NCBI RefSeq assembly: GCF_020969955.1
Contig: NZ_JAHDSX010000025.1
Span: 1-32,000, forward strand
DNA length: 32,000 bases
Origin: Allobaculum fili
GTDB lineage: Bacteria > Bacillota_I > Bacilli_A > Erysipelotrichales > Erysipelotrichaceae
Direction: 5' to 3'
Shown: positions 15,331 to 24,251 of the stretch, one piece after another
Position numbering within the stretch: the stretch's first letter is position 1
How the letters are laid out: the number at the start of each line of letters is the position of its first letter
Notes under the pieces: generated by a model
Seen by the model: only the letters and a program-made list of their open reading frames with translations
Database searches by the model: none
What the model was told of the DNA's origin: nothing
Program-made: the position numbers and the translations under genes

Positions 15331-16293
15331 ATGGCAAAACAGGTTCTGACAAAAACCAACCTGATCTGGACGGTGATTGCACTGAGCATCTTTACCCTCG
15401 TCTGGGTTCTGATGGGCGCGGGCGTTATCAACTCCTACTATGAATCGACGATCTTTACGATCTGCTTCAATATTATTCTGGCTGTCTCCCTGAATCTGAT
15501 TGTCGGCGTCTGCGGACAGTTCTCCTTAGGACATGCGGGATTCATGGCGATCGGCGCCTATTCTGCCGGTATCGTTACGAAAATGATGCCCAACTACGGC
15601 GGCATGGCGCTGGGCATTCTGATCGGCTTTGTCATTTCGACGCTGGCCGCTCTGGTCGTTTCCATTCCGACGCTGCGTCTGCGCGGCGACTACCTCGCCA
15701 TTGCGACGCTGGGCTTTTCAGAAATTATTCGAATCTGCATTCAGAACATGAAAATCACCAACGGCGCAGCCGGTCTGATGGGCATCCCCAAACTGACCAC
15801 CTGGCCGATCCTGTTTTTCGCGGTTGTGCTTTCGATTATCGTCTGCACAAACTTCGTCCGCTCGACCCAGGGCCGTGCCTGCATCGCCATCAACGATGAC
15901 GAAATCGCAGCCGAAGCCATGGGCATCAACACCACGAAATACAAAGTCATGGCGTTTATTATCGGTGCCATTCTGGCTTCTCTGGCCGGCAGCCTGTTCG
16001 CCAACTACTTCTATGTACTGAACCCGAACCAGTTTACCTTCAACAAATCGATCGACATTCTGGTTATGGTCGTCTTCGGCGGCATGGGCAGCATGTCCGC
16101 TTCCGTTATCGCGGCCATCGCGATCGGCATCCTCAACATGTGGCTGCAGCAGTTCACCGACCTGCGCATGATCATTTACGGCGCCGCTCTGGTTCTGATG
16201 ATGATCTTCCGTCCGCAGGGCATCCTTGGCTCCTGGGAACTTTCCATCGAGCGTTTCCTGAAAAAGCGTAAACTGAAAAAGGAGGAAGCGTGA
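15331..16293 (+). CDS. livM: branched-chain amino-acid ABC transporter permease
   Basis: The 320-aa polytopic protein contains GQFSLGHAGFMAIGAY and LRLRGDYLAIATLGFSEI, both LivM signatures. It lies 3 nt after livH. Confidence 0.9.
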   Translation: MAKQVLTKTNLIWTVIALSIFTLVWVLMGAGVINSYYESTIFTICFNIILAVSLNLIVGVCGQFSLGHAGFMAIGAYSAGIVTKMMPNYGGMALGILIGFVISTLAALVVSIPTLRLRGDYLAIATLGFSEIIRICIQNMKITNGAAGLMGIPKLTTWPILFFAVVLSIIVCTNFVRSTQGRACIAINDDEIAAEAMGINTTKYKVMAFIIGAILASLAGSLFANYFYVLNPNQFTFNKSIDILVMVVFGGMGSMSASVIAAIAIGILNMWLQQFTDLRMIIYGAALVLMMIFRPQGILGSWELSIERFLKKRKLKKEEA

Positions 16294-17072
16294 TGGACTC
16301 CGTATTAAAAATTACCGGCCTTTCCAAAAACTTCGGCGGTCTGGCTGCGGTTTCCGGCATCAACATGGAAATCTACCCCGGCGAACTGATCGGTCTGATC
16401 GGACCGAACGGTGCCGGCAAGACCACGCTGTTCAACTTGCTGACCGGCGTGTATGAACCGTCCGAAGGTCTGATTGAACTCAATGTCGACGGCAAGAAGC
16501 AGCAGATCGGCGGCATGAAGCCGTACAAGATCACCGCACTTGGCATGGCGCGGACGTTCCAGAACATTCGTCTGTTCAAAAGCATGACCGTTCTGGAAAA
16601 CGTCAAGCTCGCCATGCACAAGAACGCCGGCTACGGCGTATTCAACGGTCTGCTCCGTACGTCCCGCTATTACAACGCGGAACGCTGGATCGAAGAAAAA
16701 GCCTGCGAATATCTGCAGGAAGTCGGTCTGTACAAAAAGCGCTACGACAAGGCGACGAACCTGCCGTACGGCGAACAGCGCCGCCTGGAAATCGCCCGGG
16801 CGCTGGCAACCCAGCCAAGCATCCTCTTTCTGGATGAACCGGCAGCCGGCATGAACCCGCAGGAAACCGAAGAGCTTACCCAGCTGATTCATCATCTGCG
16901 CGACAAGTACAAGCTCACCATCATTCTGATCGAGCACGACATGTCCCTGGTCATGAACCTGTGCGAACGCATCTTCGTTCTGAACTACGGCCAGCTGATC
17001 GCGTCCGGAACGCCGGATGAAATCAAGAACAACGAATTCGTCATCAAGGCGTACCTGGGCGAGGAGGTGTAA
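16293..17072 (+). CDS. livG: branched-chain amino-acid ABC transporter ATP-binding protein
   Basis: GGAGGA at 16281-16286 lies 6 nt before ATG 16293; the track starts at the adjacent GTG 16290. Motifs are Walker A GPNGAGKTT, the signature YGEQRRLEIARAL, and Walker B ILFLDEPAAG. The start overlaps the livM stop. Confidence 0.9.
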   Translation: MDSVLKITGLSKNFGGLAAVSGINMEIYPGELIGLIGPNGAGKTTLFNLLTGVYEPSEGLIELNVDGKKQQIGGMKPYKITALGMARTFQNIRLFKSMTVLENVKLAMHKNAGYGVFNGLLRTSRYYNAERWIEEKACEYLQEVGLYKKRYDKATNLPYGEQRRLEIARALATQPSILFLDEPAAGMNPQETEELTQLIHHLRDKYKLTIILIEHDMSLVMNLCERIFVLNYGQLIASGTPDEIKNNEFVIKAYLGEEV

Positions 17073-17074
17073 GC

Positions 17075-17794
17075 ATGGCTTTGCTCGAAGTTAAAAATCT
17101 CCATGTTCACTATGGCGTAATCGAAGCGCTTAAAGGCGTTTCCATTTCCGTTGAACCCGGACAGATCGTTACGCTGATCGGCTCCAACGGCGCCGGCAAG
17201 ACTTCGCTTCTGCAGGCCATTTCCGGCATCGTGAAAAAGAGCGAAGGCGATGTCATCTTCAAGGATGAGTCCATTTACAAAGCCAAACCGCGCCATATCG
17301 TGTCCAACGGACTGGTGCAGGTTCCGGAAGGCCGCCACGTCTTCCCGGGTCTGAGCGTGTATGAAAACCTGATGATGGGCGCCTATCTGCGCAAGGACAA
17401 GAAGGGCATCGCCGAAGATCTGCAGAAAGTCTACGAACGCTTCCCGATTCTCGAAAAACGTAAAAACCAGGATGCGTCGACGCTTTCCGGCGGCGAACAG
17501 CAGATGCTCGCCATGGGCCGCGCCCTGATGGCCAGACCGCAGCTGCTTCTGCTCGATGAGCCGTCCATGGGTCTGGCTCCGATTCTCGTCAAGGAAATCT
17601 TCAATATTATTCAGGATATCCAGAAGACGGGAACGACGATTCTGCTCGTTGAACAGAACGCCCGCATGGCTCTTTCCATTGCGGACTATGCCTATGTACT
17701 GGAAACCGGGAAAATTTCCCTGCAGGGACCGGCCAGCGAACTGGCACAGTCTGAAGACGTCAAGAACGCCTATCTGGGCGGAAGCGCGTCCTGA
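17075..17794 (+). CDS. livF: branched-chain amino-acid ABC transporter ATP-binding protein
   Basis: Walker A GSNGAGKTS, signature LSGGEQQMLAMGRAL, Walker B LLLLDEPSMGLAP. The GAGGAGG RBS lies 2 nt after the livG stop. Confidence 0.9.
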   Translation: MALLEVKNLHVHYGVIEALKGVSISVEPGQIVTLIGSNGAGKTSLLQAISGIVKKSEGDVIFKDESIYKAKPRHIVSNGLVQVPEGRHVFPGLSVYENLMMGAYLRKDKKGIAEDLQKVYERFPILEKRKNQDASTLSGGEQQMLAMGRALMARPQLLLLDEPSMGLAPILVKEIFNIIQDIQKTGTTILLVEQNARMALSIADYAYVLETGKISLQGPASELAQSEDVKNAYLGGSAS

Positions 17795-17814
17795 TCGGCG
17801 CAAAGGAGACCACT

Positions 17815-18465
17815 ATGTTTCGCGTATACAACTTTATGACGAAAAATCCCATCACGGTCGGCAGCGACGAAAAGATTTCCGCCGCGCTCGACCTGATGCG
17901 CTACAACAAGATTCACCGCATTCCGGTCACCGATGAAAACGATCATCTGATCGGTCTGATTACCGAAGGCATGATCGCCGCCAATAACAAGGCGACCAGC
18001 CTCAGTATTTACGAACTCAACTATCTGCTGTCCAAAACCGATGTTCGCACCGTCATGATCAAGCACCCGATTTCCATCGGCGAAAACGCGCTGCTCGAAG
18101 AAGCGGCCGAAAAGCTGCTCAAAAACGACATCGGCTGCCTGCCGGTCGTGAACGACAAGGATCAGGTGACGGGCATTCTGACCCAGAACGACATTTTCAA
18201 GGCGTTCCTCGACATGCTTTCCTGGGGACAGAAAGGCACCCGCATCATTCTGTCCTTGCCCGAAGGCGTAGGCGTTCTCGAAAAAGTCAGCCGCATTTTT
18301 GCGCAGAACAACATTTCGGTAACATCCATCAGCGTGTACGAACACGGCCAGGAAAACGCGGAAGTGCTCGTTAAGACAACGGGCCCGTTCGATCAGAAAC
18401 GAATGACTGAGCAGTTTTCCAAGGAAGGCTTTACCGTACTCGACATCGAAGAAGTCGAAGCGTAA
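17815..18465 (+). CDS. CBS-pair plus ACT-domain protein (AcuB-like)
   Basis: AAAGGAGA RBS. There are two CBS repeats (MTKNPITVGSDEKISAALDLMRYNKIHRIPV... and MIKHPISIGENALLEEAAEKLLKNDIGCLPV...). The C-terminal ~70 aa has an ACT-like fold pattern. Confidence 0.8.
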   Translation: MFRVYNFMTKNPITVGSDEKISAALDLMRYNKIHRIPVTDENDHLIGLITEGMIAANNKATSLSIYELNYLLSKTDVRTVMIKHPISIGENALLEEAAEKLLKNDIGCLPVVNDKDQVTGILTQNDIFKAFLDMLSWGQKGTRIILSLPEGVGVLEKVSRIFAQNNISVTSISVYEHGQENAEVLVKTTGPFDQKRMTEQFSKEGFTVLDIEEVEA

Positions 18466-18515
18466 TTCAGAAGTTCTTCCTTATACGATTGAAGCGATAC
18501 GATTTATGCAGTCTG

Positions 18516-18542
18516 GGACCGGAGAAATCCGGTCCTTTTTTC
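18516..18542 (+). terminator. intrinsic terminator
   Basis: GGACCGGA (18516-18523), loop GAAA, TCCGGTCC (18528-18535), followed by TTTTTTT. Confidence 0.75.
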
Positions 18543-18659
18543 ACGCATGCGCTTCTGGGGACCTGAAAGGACGGCCGGGTATGAGGCGCAGGCAAGGCAA
18601 ACCCTGCATACGGCCGCTATACTGAAACCGAAAAATACCGCAAAGAAAGAAGGAAAACT

Positions 18660-19955
18660 ATGGCTGAATCCACCAATCCAAATCTCAGTAAGCAGATGAT
18701 TTATTCCGTATTCGTACGCAACCATTCCAGAGAAGGAACCTTTGCGAAAGTCGAAGAAGATCTCGACCGCATCCGCGATCTGGGAACCGATATTCTCTGG
18801 CTCATGCCGATTCACCCGACGGGTAAAGTCGAGCGCAAAGGCGAGGACGGAAGTCCCTACGCGATTGCCGACTACTGGAAAATCGATCCGAAAATGGGAA
18901 CGGAAGAGGATCTGAAACATCTGGTGCAGAGCGCGCATGAAAAAGGCATGAAAGTCATTCTCGATATTGTCTTCAACCACACTTCGCCCGATTCGAAAAT
19001 GGTCCAGGAATATCCCGAATGGTTTTACCGCGATGAAGACGGCAAGCCGTATCCGATGTTCCGGGAATGGAGCGATATCGTCGATCTCGACTTTTCGAGC
19101 AAAGCGCTTCAGGAGGAACTCATTCGAATTCTGAAGCATTACGCTTCGATCGTGGACGGCTTTCGCTGCGATGTCGCCAGCCGCGTACCGGCCAGTTTCT
19201 GGAAAAAAGCCAGAGCGGCCTGCGACACAGTAAAGCCGGATTTGTTCTGGCTGGCGGAAAGCTGTCATCTTCCCTTTATTAAGTTCTGCCGTGACAATGG
19301 CCGCGTCGGCGAAAGCGATTCGGCGCTGTATGAAGCGTTCGATGTGCTCTATGACTACGACGCCTTCCCGTACTGCGAGAAAATTTTTGAAGACGGCAAG
19401 CCGATGGAAGAATGGGTCGACGCGCTGATCCGTCAGGATGCCGAGCTTCCACAAAACGCCATCAAGCTGCGCTATCTGGAAAACCACGATACCGACCGGA
19501 TCAGTCAGTACGTAAAGGACTGGCCGCTCTGGAAAAACTGGACGGCGCTGCAGTTTACGCTCAAAGGCATGCCGCTCGTTTACCATGGTCAGGAAATTCG
19601 AACAAGTCATCGTCCGGACATTTTTACTGCCGATCCGATCGCATGGAAAGAAGACGATGCGGCAGCAGACTGGATTCGAACGCTGGCGCATCTGCACAAA
19701 ACGCTGTTCTCGGCGCAGCCGGTCATCGACTATGAAATCGATGAAACACATCCTGTTCTGCGCATCAGCCGGGACGGTTATGCGGGTGCCTTCCTGCTCG
19801 CAAAAACCGAGCCGGATGCTCTGATTTCGACGAACCTGAAAGACGGCGTATGGTACAACCTCTTTACCGGAACCGACTTTGAAGTGGCCGATCACCATAT
19901 GAAAGCCGCGGATTTCCCGGTTCTCGTACAGATGGAAGACGAAGTCAAAGACTGA
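18660..19955 (+). CDS. cytoplasmic glycoside hydrolase family 13 (alpha-amylase family) enzyme
   Basis: GH13 conserved regions are present: ILDIVFNHTS, GFRCDVAS (nucleophile Asp), FWLAES (acid/base Glu) and YLENHD. There is no signal peptide. Confidence 0.85.
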   Translation: MAESTNPNLSKQMIYSVFVRNHSREGTFAKVEEDLDRIRDLGTDILWLMPIHPTGKVERKGEDGSPYAIADYWKIDPKMGTEEDLKHLVQSAHEKGMKVILDIVFNHTSPDSKMVQEYPEWFYRDEDGKPYPMFREWSDIVDLDFSSKALQEELIRILKHYASIVDGFRCDVASRVPASFWKKARAACDTVKPDLFWLAESCHLPFIKFCRDNGRVGESDSALYEAFDVLYDYDAFPYCEKIFEDGKPMEEWVDALIRQDAELPQNAIKLRYLENHDTDRISQYVKDWPLWKNWTALQFTLKGMPLVYHGQEIRTSHRPDIFTADPIAWKEDDAAADWIRTLAHLHKTLFSAQPVIDYEIDETHPVLRISRDGYAGAFLLAKTEPDALISTNLKDGVWYNLFTGTDFEVADHHMKAADFPVLVQMEDEVKD

Positions 19956-20082
19956 CCTGAGGAAAAGCAGAAGCAAATCGCAGAGCGTGAAAACGGGAAA
20001 CGCACTGAAAACAAGTCCTGCAATCCCGCTTTTGCACACAATCCGTATACGCATCCGAATAAAACGTTAAGAAACAAAAAAA

Positions 20083-20137
20083 CGCTCGTCGGCCGCAGGG
20101 GACTGTATGAAAATACAGACAGCTGCGCCGACGGGCG
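20083..20137. terminator. long hairpin between convergent genes (bidirectional terminator)
   Basis: CGCTCGTCGGC (20083-20093) pairs with GCCGACGGGCG (20127-20137), with one G-U pair. An inner CTGTAT/ATACAG pairing extends it. An A-run lies upstream and GTTTTCTT downstream. Confidence 0.55.
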
Positions 20138-20183
20138 GTTTTCTTATGGCTTTGTGTGTTATGCATTCGATCGCAGAAAAAGG

Positions 20184-20672
20184 TTACGATCTGCGCCGCT
20201 TTTTGCGGATGCGTCTGGAGAGATCCTGATCCGCACTGCTGGAGCCGGCGCACTGCGCCTGTTCAAGCATCTTAAAGAAGGACTCGATATCGCTGGCGAT
20301 TTCCTTCTTCTTGGACGGCCTCTCCAGCGGCAGCAGAACGATCGATCCCGTACTGGTGTCGAGGAAAAAGTCATCGTCCGTATCGCTTAAAGCGAGCGGA
20401 AAATACGTATCGGGAATGAGATTGCCCATCGAGTACAAGTCGAGAATATGATCGGCTGACATATTTCCGGTAAATAAAGGAATGAAATGATCGACGACAT
20501 ACGTATGGCCGTCTACCTCCAGAGGGGTATGGAACATACTCATACCGTTGCACGTGCGGTAGAAGTCCTTGAGGGCGCCGGGAAGACACAGATTATAGCG
20601 GTCTTCAAATTCCAGGAGCATTTCTTCCGAGAAAGGTAAAGGGTCCTGGCCGGGGGTGAGGAATGAATACAT
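20184..20672 (-). CDS. SMI1/KNR4 (SUKH-1) family immunity-like protein
   Basis: AAAGGAGG precedes the ATG whose complement is at 20670-20672, an internal start of ORF 20184..20747. LEFEDRYNLCLPGALKDFYRTCNG matches the family pattern (LP..yk.F....NG). The C-terminal tail is basic. Confidence 0.72.
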   Translation of the reverse strand: MYSFLTPGQDPLPFSEEMLLEFEDRYNLCLPGALKDFYRTCNGMSMFHTPLEVDGHTYVVDHFIPLFTGNMSADHILDLYSMGNLIPDTYFPLALSDTDDDFFLDTSTGSIVLLPLERPSKKKEIASDIESFFKMLEQAQCAGSSSADQDLSRRIRKKRRRS

Positions 20673-20890
20673 GAGGTATACACCTCCTTTTCTCAAGTAT
20701 AGGCGCCATAGGGACCTCTCATTTCGTCGCCGGAGCGAAATTATCAAACCTTAATGGGAAAAAAGAATATAAACAAAGGCCGCCTAAAGATCCAAAACCA
20801 TTATGGAGAAAATGAATAGAATGTAACAATTTACATTTCCAGCTCAAAACCGCGCGCAAACGGTCAGAGCGGATCGCGACGGCAGACCAA

Positions 20891-20919
20891 AGAAAAAGCA
20901 GGCGAAAGCATCCGCCTGC
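20891..20919 (-). terminator. intrinsic terminator after the lipoprotein gene
   Basis: The minus strand reads GCAGGCG-GATGCTTT-CGCCTGC followed by TTTTTCTTT. Plus-strand stems are at 20898-20904 and 20913-20919. Confidence 0.55.
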
Positions 20920-20943
20920 AAATAGAAAAACTGAGTCCTGGTT

Positions 20944-21663
20944 TTACTGGACGGGCCAGGAAGCGAGATCCGAAGGGAAGTCGATTTGAACGGTTCCGCC
21001 GACCTGATCGATTTCGATATCGGCCTGGAAGGTAAGCGGCGTGCTGGCCACGTCGATGTCATACGTTCCCTTGAGGTCGATCGACAGTTCCCTGATCGTC
21101 TTGTTTTCGATCTCGACTTCAAGGACGGTTTTGTCTACGTCGACCGCGCCATAGGAATCCAGAAATTTGGCGACTTCCGAAGGTTTGAGCACAAAGGTGT
21201 ATTCATTGCCCTCCACTTTTACGGATTCGAAGAGGTTTTCCCGCTCGCTGCGGGAAAGTTCCAGAAACGGGTTGGGCATATGGAAACCGTCTTCTTCGTT
21301 AATACCGAGATTTGCGGCGAGAGAAGACGATTTGGTTCCGGCATAATTAAGATACGTGTGACCGTCACGAATATAAAAATCGGCGTCCACGCTCTGTCCG
21401 GCCACGCTGCCTTTTCCGAGAAAAGCCAGTTCAGCCGGCTGGCTTTGATACGCAGCGTTGAAATCCAGATCGACGCCCAGAAGATTCATATCCCCGTGGG
21501 CTTTGAGCGAATCGGCTTCACAAAGGCGGTTCCAGGATTCGAAAAACAGGTTTACAGCCTCCTTTTTCTGGTCAGCATTGCTGTTGGAACAGCCGGCAGC
21601 CAGAGAAGAAAAGGCGAACAGCGTACAGAGCGCTGTAGTGCGAAATGCGTGTTTTGAGAGCAT
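20944..21663 (-). CDS. lipoprotein of unknown function
   Basis: AAAGGAGAA precedes the ATG at 21663, an internal start of ORF 20944..21708. The signal peptide has a lipobox (LFAFSSLAAGCSNS). The remainder looks beta-rich and no family was recognised with confidence. Confidence 0.7.
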   Translation of the reverse strand: MLSKHAFRTTALCTLFAFSSLAAGCSNSNADQKKEAVNLFFESWNRLCEADSLKAHGDMNLLGVDLDFNAAYQSQPAELAFLGKGSVAGQSVDADFYIRDGHTYLNYAGTKSSSLAANLGINEEDGFHMPNPFLELSRSERENLFESVKVEGNEYTFVLKPSEVAKFLDSYGAVDVDKTVLEVEIENKTIRELSIDLKGTYDIDVASTPLTFQADIEIDQVGGTVQIDFPSDLASWPVQ

Positions 21664-21792
21664 GCGTTCTCCTTTCAAAAGAAATTGGACCGGTCTGCAT
21701 CGACTCAAATCAGAAGGAAGAGCAGAGCGGCAGGGTTATTAAGCGGGAAACAGGCGGCAAAGAATGTCCGCCTGACAAAATGCAGAAAAGCA

Positions 21793-21842
21793 GCAATAAG
21801 AAATAGCAATAAGAAATAGAAATAAAAATAGAAATAAGAAAT
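21793..21842. repeat. A-rich 12-13-nt tandem repeat (GCAATAAGAAATA x2 plus two degenerate copies)
   Basis: Exact copies lie at 21793-21805 and 21806-21818. They are followed by GAAATAAAAATA and GAAATAAGAAAT. The repeat sits in the divergent intergenic region. Confidence 0.7.
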
Positions 21843-22161
21843 CAAGGATATACTGTCCGGTTTTCGTCTTTTCCGGATTGTTTTCAGAAAAGGGAACCGG
21901 CGCAACAACAGAATATTCAGAAATTCGAAAAAAATACAGGCAGATTCACGGATCTGTCGAAGCCAGAGACGAAAGTGCTTTGCGGTTTTCGATACAATAG
22001 TCTGAAAGCAAACCATACAGATTGAATGACGATCGATCCGCCACGGTTTATAAATCCTATCTATGCAGGTACTCTATAAATCGTCAGCCCATGCGGACGG
22101 CTAAACCGTCGAAAAAGAAAAAAACAGAAAAGGGCATCTATAGAAACAGGGAGGAACCTCT

Positions 22162-22731
22162 ATGATCCTGATTGAACGCGCCAGCACGATGAATGAAAAG
22201 CAGCAGAAGGCTCTGCTCAAAGCTCTGGGAAACCATTCGTATTCCTGGATCCCGGACGGATCCGACGAAAAGACGATGCGCGATCTGCTGCAGGCGGCCG
22301 AGGCGTCCCCCTGTACCAGCGTCGATGCGCCAAGTGACACGCATGCCGATTCCAGCACAGACGAAGCTGCTTCGGACGCGCTGACGATTCTGTATCTGGA
22401 CGGTTTCGATCACGATGCCGTGTTTACTTTGTACGACAAGCTGAATCAGGCGCAGATCGGTCCGTTTGAATGTGCGACAGCGACCGAAAACAATCTGTAC
22501 TGGACGCTGGCTGCCCTGAAAAAGGAAATGTTAGCGGAAGCGGATTACATGCGAAAGTACGGCGAGCTCAAAGAGCGGCTTTCCACGATCGATCTGCTGC
22601 GCATGCAGAAAGATCCGACCTACCAGAAATTCATTTTCATGGTCATGTCCATGGAGAAGGAAGAAGAAATCGATCCGGTTGCTCTGGAATGGATGCTTTA
22701 TAAATTTAAGGAATTCGACGCGTCCAGATAG
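22162..22731 (+). CDS. hypothetical protein, possibly DUF3783-like
   Basis: GGGAGGAA RBS. The central segment LTILYLDGFDHDAVFTLYDKLNQAQIGPFECATATENNLYWTLAALKKEMLAE resembles, from memory, the DUF3783 pattern (hhhh.gF...hd.hh..h+...KAV.T..N..W.h..L..EL). The family call is tentative. Confidence 0.55.
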   Translation: MILIERASTMNEKQQKALLKALGNHSYSWIPDGSDEKTMRDLLQAAEASPCTSVDAPSDTHADSSTDEAASDALTILYLDGFDHDAVFTLYDKLNQAQIGPFECATATENNLYWTLAALKKEMLAEADYMRKYGELKERLSTIDLLRMQKDPTYQKFIFMVMSMEKEEEIDPVALEWMLYKFKEFDASR

Positions 22732-22877
22732 AGGATGCGTGACTGAGATTAAAAACGACGAAATGGAAACCAAAGAATTTCCAAAGAAAGCCCGCGAAAG
22801 AGGATGCTTTCAAAATCTGTATCGCGAAATAAACCGTCCTGAGTGCAGGAAGGCACGGCGAAGTAAAGGAGCTTGTT

Positions 22878-24251
22878 ATGCAGATCATCATTGCAGGTCT
22901 TGGAAAAGTCGGAATGTGCCTGACTGGCGAACTTTCGGCGGAAGGGCATGACCTGACAGTTGTGGATACAAAGCCGGAGCAGGTGCGCAAGGCGACGTCC
23001 AAATTCGACATCATGGGATTCAGCGGAAACGCCGCGGATCCGGATACGCTGGCGGAACTCGATGTGGCCGACGCGGATCTGTTTATCGCGGTGACGACGC
23101 AGGATGAAGTCAATCTTCTTTCCTGTCTGCTCGCCAAACGGGCCGGCTGTTCCAAAACGATTGCCCGCGTTCGCAATCCGGAATACAGCTCGTCCATGGA
23201 CTATCTCAAGGAAGCGCTGGGCCTGGAAATGATCATCAACCCGGAACTGCTGGCCGCCAAGGAAATCGAACGCGTTCTCTCGCTTCCCGGCGCGATGAAT
23301 GTCGATGACTTTACGAGCGGTCATGGCGAAATTCTGAAACTGCGCATTCAGCCGGGATCCTGTCTGGACGGCTTGCGCGTTAAGGAAATTCATTCCCACA
23401 TTCACGCCGAAGTGCTCGTCTGCATCTGCCAGCGCGGCAAGGAAACGTACATTCCGGACGGCGACTTTGTTTTGCACGCGCGCGATCTTCTGTATATAGC
23501 CGGTGCCCGCGCGCAGTCCGTCAAGTTCTTTTCAAGCGCCGGTCTTCCGGTCGGCGGCATCCGTCATGTGATGGCGGTCGGTGCCGGCAAGCTGTCTCAC
23601 TATCTGATCGAGCTGCTCGAACGTGCGGGCATTGAAACGACAATTATCGATAAGGATCTCGACGCCTGCGAGCGCATGACCGTTCTGTATCCGGATACGG
23701 TCGTCATTCACGCGGACGCCTCGAGCCAGAACGTGCTGCTCGAAGAAGGTCTGGAGGAAATGGACGCCTTTATCGCCATGACCGGCGTGGATGAGCAGAA
23801 CGTCTTTCTCAGCCTGTTCGCCCAGCGCAAGGCGGATCTGAAAACCGTAACGAAAGTCACCCATATTGATATGGATGAACTGTTTGAAGACTTTGAACTG
23901 GATACGGTCATCAACCCGAAGACGCTCAGCGCGGAATACATCATTCGCCACGTGCGTGCGCTGGCCAATTCCATGGGCTCCAATATCCGGACGGTGCACC
24001 GTCTGGCCAGCGATCAGGCGGAAGCGCTGGAATTCCAGATCCGGGAAGGATCGAAAGTCATCGGCGTGCCCCTGATGCGTCTGGCGCTCAAAAGCGGGGT
24101 GCTGATCGCGCTTATTGAGCGAAAGGGCATGCTCATTCTGCCGCGCGGAAACGATGTCATTTTGCCCGGCGACCTGGTCGTGGTCATTACCAACCGTAAA
24201 GGCTTTACGGATGTGGACGACATTCTGGAAGGGAAGAAGAGAATCCTATGA
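22878..24251 (+). CDS. trkA: Trk-system potassium uptake protein TrkA (two RCK modules)
   Basis: MQIIIAGLGKVGMCL (GxGxxG) is followed by a second Rossmann motif VMAVGAGKLSHYL. The length is 457 aa. AAAGGAG RBS. Confidence 0.92.
   Translation: MQIIIAGLGKVGMCLTGELSAEGHDLTVVDTKPEQVRKATSKFDIMGFSGNAADPDTLAELDVADADLFIAVTTQDEVNLLSCLLAKRAGCSKTIARVRNPEYSSSMDYLKEALGLEMIINPELLAAKEIERVLSLPGAMNVDDFTSGHGEILKLRIQPGSCLDGLRVKEIHSHIHAEVLVCICQRGKETYIPDGDFVLHARDLLYIAGARAQSVKFFSSAGLPVGGIRHVMAVGAGKLSHYLIELLERAGIETTIIDKDLDACERMTVLYPDTVVIHADASSQNVLLEEGLEEMDAFIAMTGVDEQNVFLSLFAQRKADLKTVTKVTHIDMDELFEDFELDTVINPKTLSAEYIIRHVRALANSMGSNIRTVHRLASDQAEALEFQIREGSKVIGVPLMRLALKSGVLIALIERKGMLILPRGNDVILPGDLVVVITNRKGFTDVDDILEGKKRIL

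Noticed and set aside
22732-22877. A possible potassium/c-di-AMP-responsive riboswitch in the trkA leader.
   Set aside because: The leader is only about 145 nt, and I found no conserved riboswitch cores or convincing terminator/antiterminator alternative.
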